Assembly: GCA_951406725.2 (NCBI GenBank)
Contig: OX597832.1
Coordinates: 14,880,001-14,944,000, forward strand
DNA length: 64,000 nucleotides
Direction of reading: 5' to 3'
DNA from: Octopus vulgaris
Taxonomy: Eukaryota
Shown piece by piece: positions 29,201-44,225 of this stretch. Every line of letters starts with the position of its first letter. Positions within the stretch are counted from its first letter, which is position 1. The notes below the pieces were generated by a model. The model was given only the letters and a program-made list of their open reading frames with translations. It had not been told where the DNA came from and made no database searches. Made by a program: the position numbers and the translations under genes.

Positions 29201-29284
29201 GAATCAGTATATTTTGAAGAAGTTTCAAGAAACTATTCGGTGCCATAGACTCTTACATTTGAGTTCAAATAAGATTAGTTTCAG

Positions 29285-29445
29285 TGTAGGCGTTACTCTG
29301 TGGTAAAATACGTTTCCCAGTAACATAGTTCCGCGTTCAATCCCACATAACCGATACTTGATCAAGTCTCTTCTACTATTGCCTCGGGTTCAATTTGTGA
29401 GTGGTCCTGGTAGACGGAGACAGAGTATCTCCTTGTATATATATT
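29285..29445 (+). mobile_element. SINE family C head (tRNA-like), diverged
   Basis: ctgtggtaa...gttcaatccca...tcttctactattgcctcgg...ttgtgagtgg..tggtagacggaga; related to the reverse complement of 43765-43910 and to 45845-46010. Confidence 0.65.
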
Positions 29446-29447
29446 TA

Positions 29448-30711
29448 CATAGCACGTAAGATATTTGATGACAAATTTATATTTATGAAAAAGGAAAACA
29501 GACATATAATAACATATGATACCTTTATTCATCAAAAAATGCTATGAGAATAAAAATAAACATTCTGTTCTATAATGTTATTGAATAAATCCACCTTCAG
29601 CTTCAACAACCGCTTCTATATGAGATCTATATCATCTACGATTGCGAATGAAGTGGTTCTGGTTCATTTTGGACATTCCGCTGATTATGGCAGTTTTCAT
29701 AGGACCTTTGGTGTTATGGGCGTGTTTATTTTACCTCACGCTCTCTCTCTCTCTCTCTCTCAACAATGCTCCACGTGTAATTGTCCAATGGATTGAGATC
29801 TGTGGAATTAGGAGGCCAAATGTTAGGGGCTATGTGATCTTGCAAATTTTCAGCCCTCAATTCCAGTGTTACTAGAACTATGTGTGATAGCGCAGAGTCT
29901 AACTGAAACAGATATTGTTTCCATTGCATGCACTCTCTATCCTGATTTAAAAAGTATTCCCAGGACTCAATGTAGGCGCCAGACTTAAGTATTAGGTCGT
30001 GTGGAAAGTAGTAAGGAGGCATGACATGTCCTTCATTGCTGAAAACCCATAAAAACATGACAGTTACAGGAAATTTTCTATGCAGAACAATTGGAAGTTC
30101 AGAAGGGTCTGCCCATAACCATATTTCATTTCTTCTGTTAACTTTTTAATTTGAGCGGAGTTTTTGTCTTGCTTGAGAAAATTAATCATATATTTTACTG
30201 CTGGATTTTTCAGTTTTTTTAAGAGCGTCTTAGATCAGATGTAGTAATTTTCTTTTGCTTTTTCTGATAAATTCATATTTCATCACATAAGACTGTTGCC
30301 AGATGCCTTCGTGGACAACATTTCTGACTGTTCCTTCTGACACATGGAGATATTTTGCAATTCACTTCATGTACTTTCTGGAAATGTACCCAACGGTCTG
30401 TTGACGTTGCTGGATAAATCCAGGTGTTCTGATGATTTCAGAGCGTTTACAATGGTGTTTATGCATTGGTACTAGTGGTACATTTTAGTCTTCAGTCTCT
30501 GGCTTCTTACAAACTGTGTAGGCAAAATATCTGGTAACTTTTAAACATCGAGGTATTTTTAAATCGCTACACACAACCTTTATAACCAAAATAGTCTGTT
30601 CATTTCTTGAGTAAACCGCTATAATTTTCTGAAACAAATATTATACTGAGTTAGCAAAAAAAGCAGTAATGACCCAAAACATGTATGTCTTCAAATACCT
30701 TACGCACCCTG
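29448..30711 (-). mobile_element. Tc1/mariner superfamily DD37D (maT) transposon, full-length but decayed (~1.26 kb)
   Basis: Minus strand gives NRRNEIWLWADPSELPIVLHRKFPVTVMFLWVFSNEGHVMPP...FQLDSA...WPPNSTDLNPLD, with exactly 37 residues between the second and third D. Imperfect ~26-bp TIRs: catagcacgtaagatatttgatgaca vs reverse-complemented cagggtgcgtaaggtatttgaagaca. TA lies at 29446-29447. Confidence 0.9.
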
Positions 30712-30753
30712 TGTGTGTATGTACGTATGTATGTATATATATAATATATATGC

Positions 30754-30950
<197 letters not shown>

Positions 30951-32404
30951 AAAAACATACTAAATGTTCTACGAAGTTGGCATAATTTTTGCTAACGAGC
31001 GAGATAGATCCCCGAGGCGAAGATTTATATGGCTCCCAATTCCAAAAAAGCAAATTGGATAAAAATTATTCAATGAATAATGCATCAATTTAATAATTCA
31101 AAAATGAATAATGAAAGAAACATTAAATATATATAAATATAAATTGCGATAATAAAACTCTCGAAATAACAGAAATCCTTTTATGACAACATGAAGAAAA
31201 CGAAAGGGGATCCTTTGAAGAACGATATTTACAACTTACATATCAAAATATTTGAACATTAGCTTTAATCCTGATGTCACCTTACAGGTAAGAGTAGCAA
31301 CTACAGAACAGACATGCAATACTGGTAAAAGGATAGTGGAGGCCATGACACTCAAAATCGTGAAATAGTAGTCCACTATATTTCAATGTGAATGAGGCTA
31401 AATTGTCTAACCAAACGACAACTTGGACGAAGAAAGGAAAACTGCGTTAAAGGGAACATGCACATAAGTACCAAACCTCTTGGATTGCTGTACACATTAA
31501 AGGAAAGTGATGTATGTACAGGGAAAATAGTGCTCCAACCGGTTTTAAATGTAAATAGCGATAACAACAACAACAATAATAATATTAATGGTTCCAAATA
31601 TTGGTACCAGCCCAGTAAATTCGTAAGTTGGCTAATTTGATTATGTGAAGCAAAAAAAAATGTTGTGGCCGATAGTAGTGTGATGTACACGTTAAAGTTG
31701 AATGTGATTATAGTCACAGAAGTAATTGTATTTGAAACTGTAATTCTATAAGCGTTTTACACATTTACGGAGGTCTCTAATGACACTGTTGTAATAAGGC
31801 GTTAACAAGGTTTTAAGTATTTCGTGCAAATATATTCAGAACATTGAAATTAATCGTTGCATTACTTATTTAGCTTAGAATTCTTTCAATATTAGCTATG
31901 GCAATTATTAAACTTTACTTGGATGATTCTTTTTATAAATGTGGTGGCTTATATATTCTAAATCACACCTGTAACATTTTAATATATGAATGTGGTAATT
32001 TTTTAAAGATATTCTCGTTTCATGACTACTCTTTAAACATGCATTTCGACATACGGCATATATTCAACTGCGTGATGAGGCGTGCTGAGGTTGTCATGGA
32101 ACACACCATGAAAAACTAATTTCAGTAAAAAAATTGAGTTAAATTCATAAATGTAAGTAGAAATCACTTAATACATTTTAGTTTTATTGTCTTTTTGCTT
32201 TGATGCTTTTCTAAATGAAATAAAGTTCCACAGGTTATACGATTGGTTTATTGAGTTTGAATGTTTTATATATCATGGTATACGTTAAGCCTTACATAAA
32301 TAATATTTCGAAAGTCAAATGCTTAATGGAATTGCTATAGACTACATCAAGATTCCTCAGGTATCTTCTGCAATCCTTAGCAATGACACAGTGCCATACA
32401 TAAA

Positions 32405-32760
<356 letters not shown>

Positions 32761-33101
32761 ATAAGTGCAAGCGTACACTTCCACCCATATATATCTCCCT
32801 TTTTATTCTGCCCTAAGCGCACACGTATATTTGCATACTTTGTTTCCCGCCTTAGGACATAACATTCGATAGTCATCAACATAAACATTCTCATACTTCT
32901 TGCCTTTATTATCTGAGGAATGTAACTTTCGCGAATAAAGGGCACATCTAACAGGAAGCTAACGATGTTCATTGAACAGCTTTTCTTCCTACTGCTACCA
33001 GCCCCATGTTACTGTTACCACTGTATATTTCTATAAGATTGTGTTCCCGAACACACCTATATTGAGTTCTACATCAGGCTATTAGACTCGCTATGTGTAA
33101 G

Positions 33102-33129
<28 letters not shown>

Positions 33130-33134
<5 letters not shown>

Positions 33135-34235
33135 TAGATAAACTTAGATATGTTTCGACCAAAGATTGTTCCAGGCCATGTCTAACTTAATAGCACCACC
33201 TAATAGGATTATTCGAATCCTGTTTAAGTCAAGTTTTGTTCAAGTAGTGAGTTCTTGTTGGGTGAGTTGTATCCAATTATGGGTGGCTTATCTGGTATTC
33301 TTTGAAGAAATCTATCCAGACTCTGTTCAAAGTTGATGGGATCCTTTTCCCCTTTGATCTCCCTCGGGACAATGTTAAATAGGGCAGGGCCTGTTGAGGA
33401 AAATAAATTATGTTGCAGTGTACATGTATGTTGTGATCTTGAATTGGGCAGGGGACGTATAGCCCGTTGTCCAAGTCTTGGATGAACCTTGAAGCTAATG
33501 TTTAGGTCGTTTGGGCAAAGTTGGCGGTATATTTTCCACATCGTACAAATGATGTACCGCTCACGGCGACGCTGGAGCGAGTAAAGTTTCAAGGCTTTAA
33601 GGCGATCCCAATAATCGAGACCAGCCATGCCTTCAATTTGTTTAGTGAGAGCCCTCTGGGGTGACTCAATTCTGGAGATGTATTATCTTGTGTGAGGAGA
33701 CCACAGTGGGCAGCAGTATTCAAGGTGTGGCCGTACAAAGGAGGAAAAATGTGGTATGATGACACCTTGTCCTCTGGACCGGAAAGTTCTTAAGATCCAG
33801 GAACTCATCCCACGAGCTATATCGACCTTCTTGTTGATGTGTGCACTCCAACTGAGATCGTCATCAACAATTACACCCAGGTCTCTGATATTGTTAGAGG
33901 CTGTGAGCGGTTCCCCTGAAGGAAGAGAGTATGGTTGTTTTAGTGAGGAATTTCTTCCAAAATGCATCAGCTCAAATTTTCCCTCATTCAGTTGCATTTT
34001 GTTTCTGTCTGCCCATTGACTCACAGCATATAGATCAGACTGGAGTTGAGTTCGGTCTGCTTCTTCATTGACGATTTGCTGGAGCTTAGTGTCATCAGCG
34101 AATATTTTCACTTTGCAGTAATGTACGACTCTGGAAAGGTCGTTTACGTAAATTATGAAGAGTAGCGGACCCAAAACAGTTCCCTGGGGAACACCGCCAT
34201 GACTTTTGCTGGGTTTGAGTGGACTCCATCAACTA
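33130..34235 (-). mobile_element. CR1-type (Jockey group) LINE, 5'-truncated, well preserved RT C-half plus 3' end
   Basis: GVPQGTVLGPLLFIIYVNDL, FADDTKL, RDLGV, RPHLEYCCPLWSPH and LYSLQRRRERY. ORFs 33683-34174 and 33224-33628 share a frame and are split by one stop. A tandem tatctaagtt tail lies at 33131-33150, with (TA)n on both sides. Confidence 0.95.
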
Positions 34236-34253
34236 CATATATATATATATATA

Positions 34254-34460
34254 TATAACGGGAAGCTTTAATAAAGAAAAGAGGAAGGCAGGTGGAATAC
34301 AAACAAACAATTGTATTAGTATGGCGCTCAGGAATATAAATAAAACAAGTCTTTTACGTTTCTAGCCTGCGCTCTTCAACAGAAAGATACACAGAAAAGA
34401 AACACAGAAAGAAACAAGGAGAGAAGAAAAATGCGTGCAGATAGCGAATCAATATATGAT
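34254..34460. repeat. Dispersed ~200-bp repeat, copy 1 (possibly PLE-terminus-derived)
   Basis: Aligns with 38059-38246 (caggtgg...caaacaa.tgtattag...acgtttc.agcct.cgctcttc.acagaaaga). Confidence 0.7.
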
Positions 34461-35295
34461 CTATACACATATATATATAGTTACATATGATTTGAATAAA
34501 ATGTTGTTCAATGCTATGCAAATATCTTCTACAATTATTGGCTACCTGATGTCATCATAGTATGTGCATCAAGAATCCCATAATATTTCTGTAAACAGAC
34601 AAAAGACAAAATATTAAATTAACGATATTCATTATTAAAAATCATTACAATTGTTTTGATACATGTTTATACATAGGTGAGATGCCCCGTAACCATTGTC
34701 AATCATCCAATGTATAAAATGTGCCTTGGCATGCGATTGTTAAAAATGATTATTTTGTTAAGTCTTATCATCTTTTAACTAGGCATGAGAATGCATTCCA
34801 AAAGTGAGGTGTGACGTAACTTTCTATAGATTGCACACAATGCTAAACCATATGTTGTAGTTACGGAGTAAATTCAATTATAATTAAAGCAGATTATACA
34901 CAAGTAAAATATGAGACAACAAATTGGCCGGGAGGTTAAATATAAATAGTTCTGTCTACATAGGCAATTATAAAGAAGAAAAAGCAAAATATGCTGCAGA
35001 TAGAATTAAGCATTTAGTGATAAAGAAGTGATGAAATGATGAAAGCTGGTCATCTGAGCACTATTCAACTGTGTCTTTCTTTGTAAATTAAACCCAGTCA
35101 TTCGCCAGAAAAAAAACTGGCCCCATTCTACACCCGAATCATCCTCTATATTGTGGGTTTGTGTCACAATTTGCACTCATTGCTAATATTTATTTATATT
35201 ATAAATTTGTTTTTTCTATTTATTCACAAGAGGTAAATGATGTAATGAAGATCAGCGCTGGTGCAGGATTTTAAAAGATGTCGAATAAAAGAATA

Positions 35296-35296
35296 C

Positions 35297-35331
<35 letters not shown>

Positions 35332-35426
35332 CGACGATGACGGCGGTTATGATAATAATGAGGATGACGATAACGATGCATGGAGTTATGATTAGTGGAT
35401 GAGGCCAATGAGGGTGAAGAAGTAGG

Positions 35427-35476
<50 letters not shown>

Positions 35477-35552
35477 CCAATGAGGGTGAAGAAGTAGGTG
35501 ATGATGATGGTGATGATGACGATGATGATGATGATGATGACGACGACGACTA
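35296..35552. repeat. (GAT)n/(GAC)n microsatellite with a duplicated unique spacer
   Basis: gccaatgagggtgaagaagtaggtgatgatgatg occurs at 35404 and 35476 (72-bp period). Confidence 0.95.
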
Positions 35553-36159
35553 CGATACTATGAATAGTGAATACTAAATCTAAATCATTTGATCCATGTA
35601 ATGCGAACAGTGAACACAAATGACTAATAGTCAAAAGATTTCATTTAACCAATTCCAAATGTATTATCTCTAACTTCATATAGAATTTAAAAAATTCCAA
35701 GTATTCTAGAGATATTAATTTTTATTTCACACCAGTATGCATTAGATGAGAAAGGAAAGAACAACTTCAAGTATATTAAAATTAATAAGGTTATCGATGC
35801 AGTCAGCTTTACAAATTCAGATATTTCAAATTCTTTTCTCTGATAAAGTACTCATATTTAGAAGAAGCTACACGGTACATTAAGAATGGATCTGCCAAGG
35901 AATTGTTGAGAAACGTTTGAGAGGAAACTAATAATGTTCTAAAAATACGGACAGATGTATCATGAAATATGGCAATACATTCTCGTTATTGACTGAATCG
36001 CTTAAAATAGCAATCCATATTTTATAAGATTTCGGTAATATGAATATAATTGATGTATATCATATTTATAGATATACATCTAAGTGTGTATATTTGTATA
36101 TGTATATTTATGCGCATGAGCGTATGTATGCTTATACATATCCATACATACACAAATGT

Positions 36160-36324
<165 letters not shown>

Positions 36325-36724
36325 AATTTTAACACGATTGTAAAACAGTTAAAAAATCATTCCAATTTTCTTCCAGGTACTCCTTGACAGGAACAATATT
36401 GTTCAAACACTCTTTTCAAACAACAGTTTTCGGTAGACTACGCCCACCAAATCAATATTTTTTTTTACAATTAAGTGAAAAAAAGCAATTCACTCAGCCT
36501 CAGGCCGACTAGAGTGCAGTGAGGACTTCTTGTTTGTAAAAATAATTGCGACATACAACAGGCCCTCAATAGACAGAAGAAAGTCTTACTTTACAGATGA
36601 GTTTCAAAAGTTTTTAATTTAAGACAGCTTCAAAAACACGTCTTACCGATTCGGCTTCAAACACAGCTCTATCTCGCTCATGCACAATAGTAATGTAAGC
36701 AACTACTTACCACACAGCCACTCC

Positions 36725-36820
<96 letters not shown>

Positions 36821-37913
36821 TCTACGTTCTGGATGGTGTTTGGAAAGTCTTCATACATGATATTGCTCTATACCGGCTATCGAAATCTGTGTTCTTCAAT
36901 AGAGCAGAGGCAACAATATGTAGAAACATCTAGTATTTGGAAGCGGCAGATGGTGGAAACTGATAGAGCACCCTTTAGGCACTTGTGACCTACACCGAAA
37001 AAATATGAGAAAACACACATGTGTGCTCGTTTTGAATTGCATTTCTCATTTTTTTACTACCAAATATACACATATACGCATATAAACACTCGCACACGCA
37101 TATGTATGTATTGTACTTGTCTGTGTGTATATATAGATGAATGATGTGTACGATATTTAACGAAAAAAGAAAGAAAACGATCAAGTAAATGAAGACATAT
37201 AAATGATAACTAAGCCATTTTCCTTATCAACAAACCTCATTAGCTTCTGAAATTCAAACGCTATATTAATCATCTTCACATCGATATAAAACAAAAGCAG
37301 TAAAATAAATACAATTTGATAGCATAATTTTCATTAATTTTTCATAAATCAACACTGTTTGAACAAATAGATAAATAACATTTCAGAGATTTAAGAATCA
37401 GTAATATAATTGATATGTCAGAAAAATAGTCTTATTTTTATCTTTTGTATAAAACTAGAAATTCCCCTGAGGTATATCGAAGAATATGACATCGCTATAT
37501 TAAACATTTATTTAAAATTGTATTCAAATTTCATTCCTTCGACTGAAAATGAAGCAAAGAAACTGACGATATATGATGTTGATAGGAAATTATTTGTAGA
37601 CATGCATCATATGCGGCTAGCACTACTAATGCACATTTATACAGTGCAGGAGATGAATTATTTGAAAGAAGACTCACCGCATACACGCTTAAAATCACGC
37701 GATCGTAAATACATTTATGCAAGCATATACATCCATACGTATCTTAGGATCGTGTATATACATAAAATGTTTTTTTTTTTTTTGTGTAATGAGATACAAT
37801 CGAAGGCTGTGTAGATGTTAGAACATTGATAGATAGATAGATAGACAGCTGTTTCCTGGATATTAATGAATTATATACCTTTATCGGAGACGGTGTGAAA
37901 GGACGGTTAAGTA

Positions 37914-38029
<116 letters not shown>

Positions 38030-38058
38030 GTGTGTGTACAGACACACATATATATATA

Positions 38059-38246
38059 TATAGGAGAATTCACCAAAAGGCGGAGACAGGTGGTATAGAA
38101 GACAAACAAATGTATTAGCTTAACCCTCGGGAAGTGAAAATTTCTTGAACGTTTCCAGCCTACGCTCTTCTACAGAAAGAAACAAAGAGAGAAAATAATA
38201 AGAGAAAATAAAGAATGTGTAATGGTTAGCGATGTATCATGGCGAA
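38059..38246. repeat. Dispersed ~200-bp repeat, copy 2
   Basis: Homologous to 34254-34460; both copies begin right after a (TA)n tract. Confidence 0.7.
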
Positions 38247-39675
38247 TGGCTACAAAGTATTTAAAGTTATTACTTCAGGCGCTCTTACTTCAGGCGCACC
38301 TAGAACATCACAAAATTTATTTGTTAACTTGTATACTCCAACAAAATAGTGTGAGAGAATATGTGCGTGTTGTTTCTAAGTCTATGAATTCGAATAAATT
38401 TGTGGGCATATTGGTTCTGCCGTCAAACGAGCTGCATCTTCGAATTTTCAACATGATGTTGCACTACGTGTACTCCATTTCCTCTTTGCCGAGAATTGTA
38501 AATCATAGATAAGTTAACATTGTGGCCGGTGGATATATTAAAATATCGAGATGCACTTCAAATTCACTCGAAGCATCATCATCCGATAATATATTTGTGA
38601 TACAGTCAAAGTTTGGGTGAATACATAGGTGGGTCGAACGTGGAGGTTGTTGCAGTGGTACAGAACGGGTGGTGTTCGCGTATATGTTTATAATTAATCA
38701 TGCTATGTGAAAGACATCGGGAAAATAGTTCAGATACAATCCATGTTTCAACTAGGACGGAGAATTTTACAGACATATCATCAAGTAGTTAAGGTGTGAG
38801 CAGCAAATACTTAATCCATTATGTTTATTAAAGAAGGTGTCTAGCTAAGATAAACCCCTATAACGTTTTAGTTCAAAACCCGGTTCGATATCACGTGACC
38901 CAGTACCAACCAGCTTACCTCATTTAATTACGTATGCATTCGATATATTCGATGTATTTAATTATGTATATATTTAATTATGTATGCATTATTTAATTAT
39001 GTACGTATTCAATGAGCAGTCGGAGAAAGAGTGCTTGCGCATAGAAATGTACTCTCTTATGTAGCTAACGTGCAGCTACGTTATAATTTTAATATTGTGT
39101 CAACTCCTCACGTTAGTAATATAAAATCATTTTTCATACTTGTCTCTTTATTATCTGTATCTAAGGATATAATTTAATCCTAAATATATGGCCTTGTATC
39201 AAGCCATGCTTTTATCTAACTGACTGCAATTATGATTATGTAGCCATTAGGGCTGAGGACCGATGGATTTTATAATTAGAATGTAGGTGCATATTATATC
39301 CTGATAACCATATATGATGAATGTGAAGGGATTGTATATTAGAATACATGACCAAACATTACCTGACGAGAGGTCTAATACCTCAAGCCCTAAATTCTAT
39401 GTTCTTCAGTGTAATTATTAAGAAAAAAGAAAGCTAGTGCGTTTCTATGACGAGGCGCCAACAATCTGTAAAACGATGTCTCTGTAGATTGAATTATGCG
39501 TCTACTACATATTCCGAACTATATCAGAATGTAGCACCTTACTTTTATCAAACAGTAGGGCTTGTAATGTGTAAATTAATTTCATTTCTTCTGATTTATG
39601 CCGTGTTTTAATATGCAATTTATATATGCGTGCAAATGTAGGTTTTAATAAAAGTTAGCGTACTGGCAAATAATT

Positions 39676-40128
<453 letters not shown>

Positions 40129-40566
40129 TTAGCGCTGCAAAGACTTCATATTTATCAACATTCTCCGTTCGCTGCGGCTAAATGTTCCCTGAGGCTGCAG
40201 TGCAAAAGCTATTTCATTCCATTAAATGTACACATCGAAAAAATATTAATTTGTTTTATATTCTGAACACGGCATTTCTCCTTCCAATACAGTAATATTT
40301 TTATATTTTTTAAAATAAACCACACTACTTATATTTATGTATTCCCTCTTGCCTCTTTGTTTGAATTCAATGAATTGCATAGATTTGTTGCGTCTGTCTC
40401 TCTGCGTAGCTAAAATTCTCTGGTGTATGCGAATAATAGGCTAATTTTAAGAACCGCAAATATTGATCTTAAAGTGAATGCAGCAAAGATATTAAATGTT
40501 TCAAATATCCAATTCACTTGTTCAAATATCCGGGGTTGTGTATAATAAGCATCAGAAGCTGAGTGA

Positions 40567-40815
<249 letters not shown>

Positions 40816-41380
40816 TGGAGGGGTGGAGCAGGAGCAGCTTCAGACGTTGCTGCTTCCTATAATTCACTGAAGTTAACCTTATCCTCCTCACGAGACAACA
40901 ATGGAACATTGGAGTTATTTCTGAGTTGCACTGTTTTTTGTTTTTTAAGCTACAGTATTTAGACCAATCATTTTGCCAAGCAACGTTGACTATATTTGCG
41001 AGCTTTTCTTTGTTTTTTTTTTTTGGCATGCAATGTATCTAAAATGTGACCTGTAAAACATATTTCAATATGCAAATGTTACGTTGAGGTTTTCATAATG
41101 TGTACTTTAAATATTGGCTTCAGTTTTTTTTTTTTTATATTTAACGTGAAGGGATATGTAGGTACATTGTATAGAAGGGACAATAAAAGCAGATGAAAGA
41201 GCTCATCTCTACATTCCAGGAGTTAAAACAGTATTTGTTCAAATGTGAAAAAGAAAACAAAAGAACGAAAACACGTTCAAAATTTGCAAATGATAACTGC
41301 GAATATATCTGAAATCCATTTAAAACAATCACATTGTACTGGTATGCACGCATACAATATCTAGAAAGGTTTTATGGCCT

Positions 41381-41587
41381 TGTAATGGATATATAATATT
41401 ATGAAGTAGCGGAGAAAGAAAGTATATGCACAACTATTACTATTACACGAGACACAGCGCTCACAATTAAAGGCTCACAGTGGATTGCTACCAAATTGAA
41501 CTGCCAATCGGACCCAGGTCTTTAATTCATAACAATGAGTCTGTCCAAATTTAGTCCCTTTTGGGTTATCAGAATCCTTCCAAAACA
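41381..41587 (-). repeat. Putative 3' LTR of the Gypsy element
   Basis: On the minus strand it starts TGTTTTGG right after the PPT AAAAAGGGGAGA (41588-41599). The candidate end CCATTACA at 41381 gives TG...CA with a 6/8 terminal inverted repeat. The distal end is inferred. Confidence 0.55.
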
Positions 41588-43320
41588 TCTCCCCTTTTTA
41601 GAATCAGCAACCCCATCTTGTTCCCATTTGAGAATTGAACTCTGCTCCAAGTTTTATTATCACTTACATTTAGGTTTCAGTTCAAGTGTTCCCGTACTCT
41701 TCCATGTTATGGTGGTAGGTGTAATTTAAAATTGTTTGGGTGTTGGTATCTCAATCTTGTATTAGAATATTTTGATAGGGACTTCCTTTCTCGTGACCGC
41801 ATTTTTCCGTGAATCTGTTCTTAAGATGGTTATTGCCTTTTGCATTCAACGTCTTTTCCTTTTAACAGGAACATCATTCTTCCAATTTGTTTAATAATTA
41901 CACTGTCCTCCCACATTTCATTTCCATATCTGTAGGTTTAAAAAATAAAACCGTGTTACCTAACATGAAGAATTTTGAAGTATAGTTGCTGTTCGCCCTT
42001 TTTCTATCTTCACTCGGTATCAGCTTATCAGTAGAAGATCTGAACATTCTAACAAGCATCATTGCTATGGATAACATTTCCGAGCGTGTATTCGGATGAG
42101 ATTTTACTCGGTAGAGTTTTAGAAATATTTGAAGTGCAAAATCATCCATCACTTCGTAGTTGGCCTATTTCAACAGCCTCTTGAATGTGTCAACAAACAA
42201 AGTGCTTCACTTGTCCATTTCACCTAGGATCATAGGACGGAGTGGTGACATGTTCCCTAACGAATATGTTGCAAAATTCTCTGAATTAGTCTGAGGTAAA
42301 TTGAGTTCCACTATTCGACACAGTGGTATACGGAATACCGTGTCACTTTGAAAAACTGTCCATCACAAAGTGGTAACATGATCCCTTGAGTGGACCTGCG
42401 TAATCAGCATGCATTCTGGCCCATGGAACATCTGTTTAAGGCCTCGGTTTCCATTTAGTGGAGGTGATTTGCACCTAAGACATATACTCAGAATGATTTT
42501 ACAGATTCTTCAACGTCACGGTCCATTCTTCACCAATACAATTTAATTATCATTAATGATTTCATTGTCTAAATTATTATTTTAATAATCGCTTTTGTAG
42601 TGTGGCTAACACTTCGACTCTTTGTGCATACATCAACATAGTGTCACACAATAATATAGGTTTCATATTTGTGTTGCGCATATGTTTTAATCTTTAATTA
42701 GCCTTCAGCATATCTTTCGTTCATATAATAAACTAATCGTCTCCTGATTTTATTGCAACCTATAAACCGTATAGGTAAGAATTCCTTTTCCCACCCAAAT
42801 AATGAATATAAAGGACTCTGATCAGCCGGTACACAAAAACCTCTTCAGTGCAAAATAATGTGAAATCTTTTGACGGCACAAATAATCGCTAGAGCTTCTT
42901 TTTCGATTTGAATTTAATTTTTATTTGTTGATAACATAGAACAAGAGTCATGACCTACCACCTTCATATCACCATCTTTATATTTGTGTAGCATTAATGA
43001 TATTATACCGTACTCAGAAGTGTCTGATGCTACAACAATCTCCGCTGCAGGATGGATGTTTGCTAATGACAAATCAGATATTAATATTTCTATGTTTCGT
43101 CAAGCGCCCTTTGACATTTCTCCGACGAATTCCATTTCATATCTTTCTTCAGAAGACCATGCAGTGGAACTCCTACATTTATGCATAGTTGTAATATAAT
43201 ATTGCTAATAATTTGCCAGCCCTAAAAATATTTCTAAGTCCGTTGTATAATCTGTCTTTGAAGAGTCTAGACGACTTTCATTTCGATGTCAAGTTTTGCT
43301 CCTAAATATTTCTGACCCAA
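41381..43320 (-). mobile_element. Ty3/Gypsy LTR retrotransposon remnant (RT connection, RNase H, integrase, PPT, LTR); Mag/K02A2.6-like
   Basis: Hand translation of the minus strand: FLGLANY, LLKKDMKWN, EIVVASDTSEYGI, QIEKEALAIICAVKRFH, YW*RMDRDVEE, PWARMHADYAGPL, DSFSK, GIPYTTVSNSGTQFTS, SYDPR*NGQ, VDTFKR, WEDSVIIKQIGRMMF. RNase H precedes integrase, the Gypsy order. Confidence 0.92.
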
Positions 43321-43367
43321 ATTAAGATATTTAGATAATTTATATATATATATATATGTATTTTTTT

Positions 43368-43644
43368 CCGACCAGTCCATCAAATGTAGTTACACATCGC
43401 TAGTCACAATGCGTTCGCATTGTCTTAGCCTTCGAATGACGCCACCCCGCTGGCTAAGCGAGCAGGCCAACAGAAGAGAGAGTGGTGAAAGAGTACAGCA
43501 GGGATCACCACCCCCTGCCGGAGCCTCGTGTAGCTTTTAGGTATTTTCGCCCAAGAAACATTCACTACGCCCGGTCTGGGAATCGAAACCGCGATCCTAC
43601 GACCGCGAGTCCGCTGCCCTAACCACTAGGCCATTGCGCCTCCA
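43368..43644 (-). mobile_element. SINE family A, tail type 3
   Basis: Head ggaggcgcaatggcctagtggttagggcagcggactcgcggtcgtaggatcgcggtttcgattcccagaccgggcg is nearly identical to the copy ending at 19718, but the 3' ~110 bp differ. Confidence 0.92.
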
Positions 43645-43650
43645 CATATA

Positions 43651-43750
<100 letters not shown>

Positions 43751-43764
43751 GTGTGTGTGTGCAT

Positions 43765-43912
43765 GAGGTTTTATTAAGTTTCTATCTATCAAATCCACTC
43801 ACAAGGCTTTGGTTGACTTGAGGCTATAATAGAAGTGACTTTTCGAAGGTGTCACACAGTGGGAAATCACCCGGAAACATGTGCCTGGCAAATATGCTAT
43901 TTACCACACAAT
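43765..43912 (-). mobile_element. SINE family C head, diverged
   Basis: caaatccactcacaaggctttggttgacttgaggctataatagaag...cagtggga...ttaccacaca. Confidence 0.7.
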
Positions 43913-43934
43913 CCCTATAGTGCCACGTACAGGA

Positions 43935-44225
<291 letters not shown>

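Noticed and set aside
33756-34019. Plus-strand 87-aa ORF
   Set aside because: Antisense to the CR1-type RT.
36425-36725. Scattered minus-strand pieces resembling SINE family C
   Set aside because: Only the terminal cttaccacacagcca is clear; too fragmentary to bound.
38922-39012. Short repeated atttaattatgtat units; also small tandem duplications at ~14759-14790, ~25209-25248 and ~60935-60985
   Set aside because: Degenerate minisatellites or slippage duplications with no unique spacers of constant length and no cas genes, so not CRISPR.
41480-42150. Initially read as an RTE 3' end
   Set aside because: Frame-by-frame translation fits the Gypsy integrase C-terminus, PPT and LTR much better.
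42984-43199. Plus-strand 71-aa ORF with protein-like composition
   Set aside because: It is the antisense shadow of the Gypsy RNase H region.
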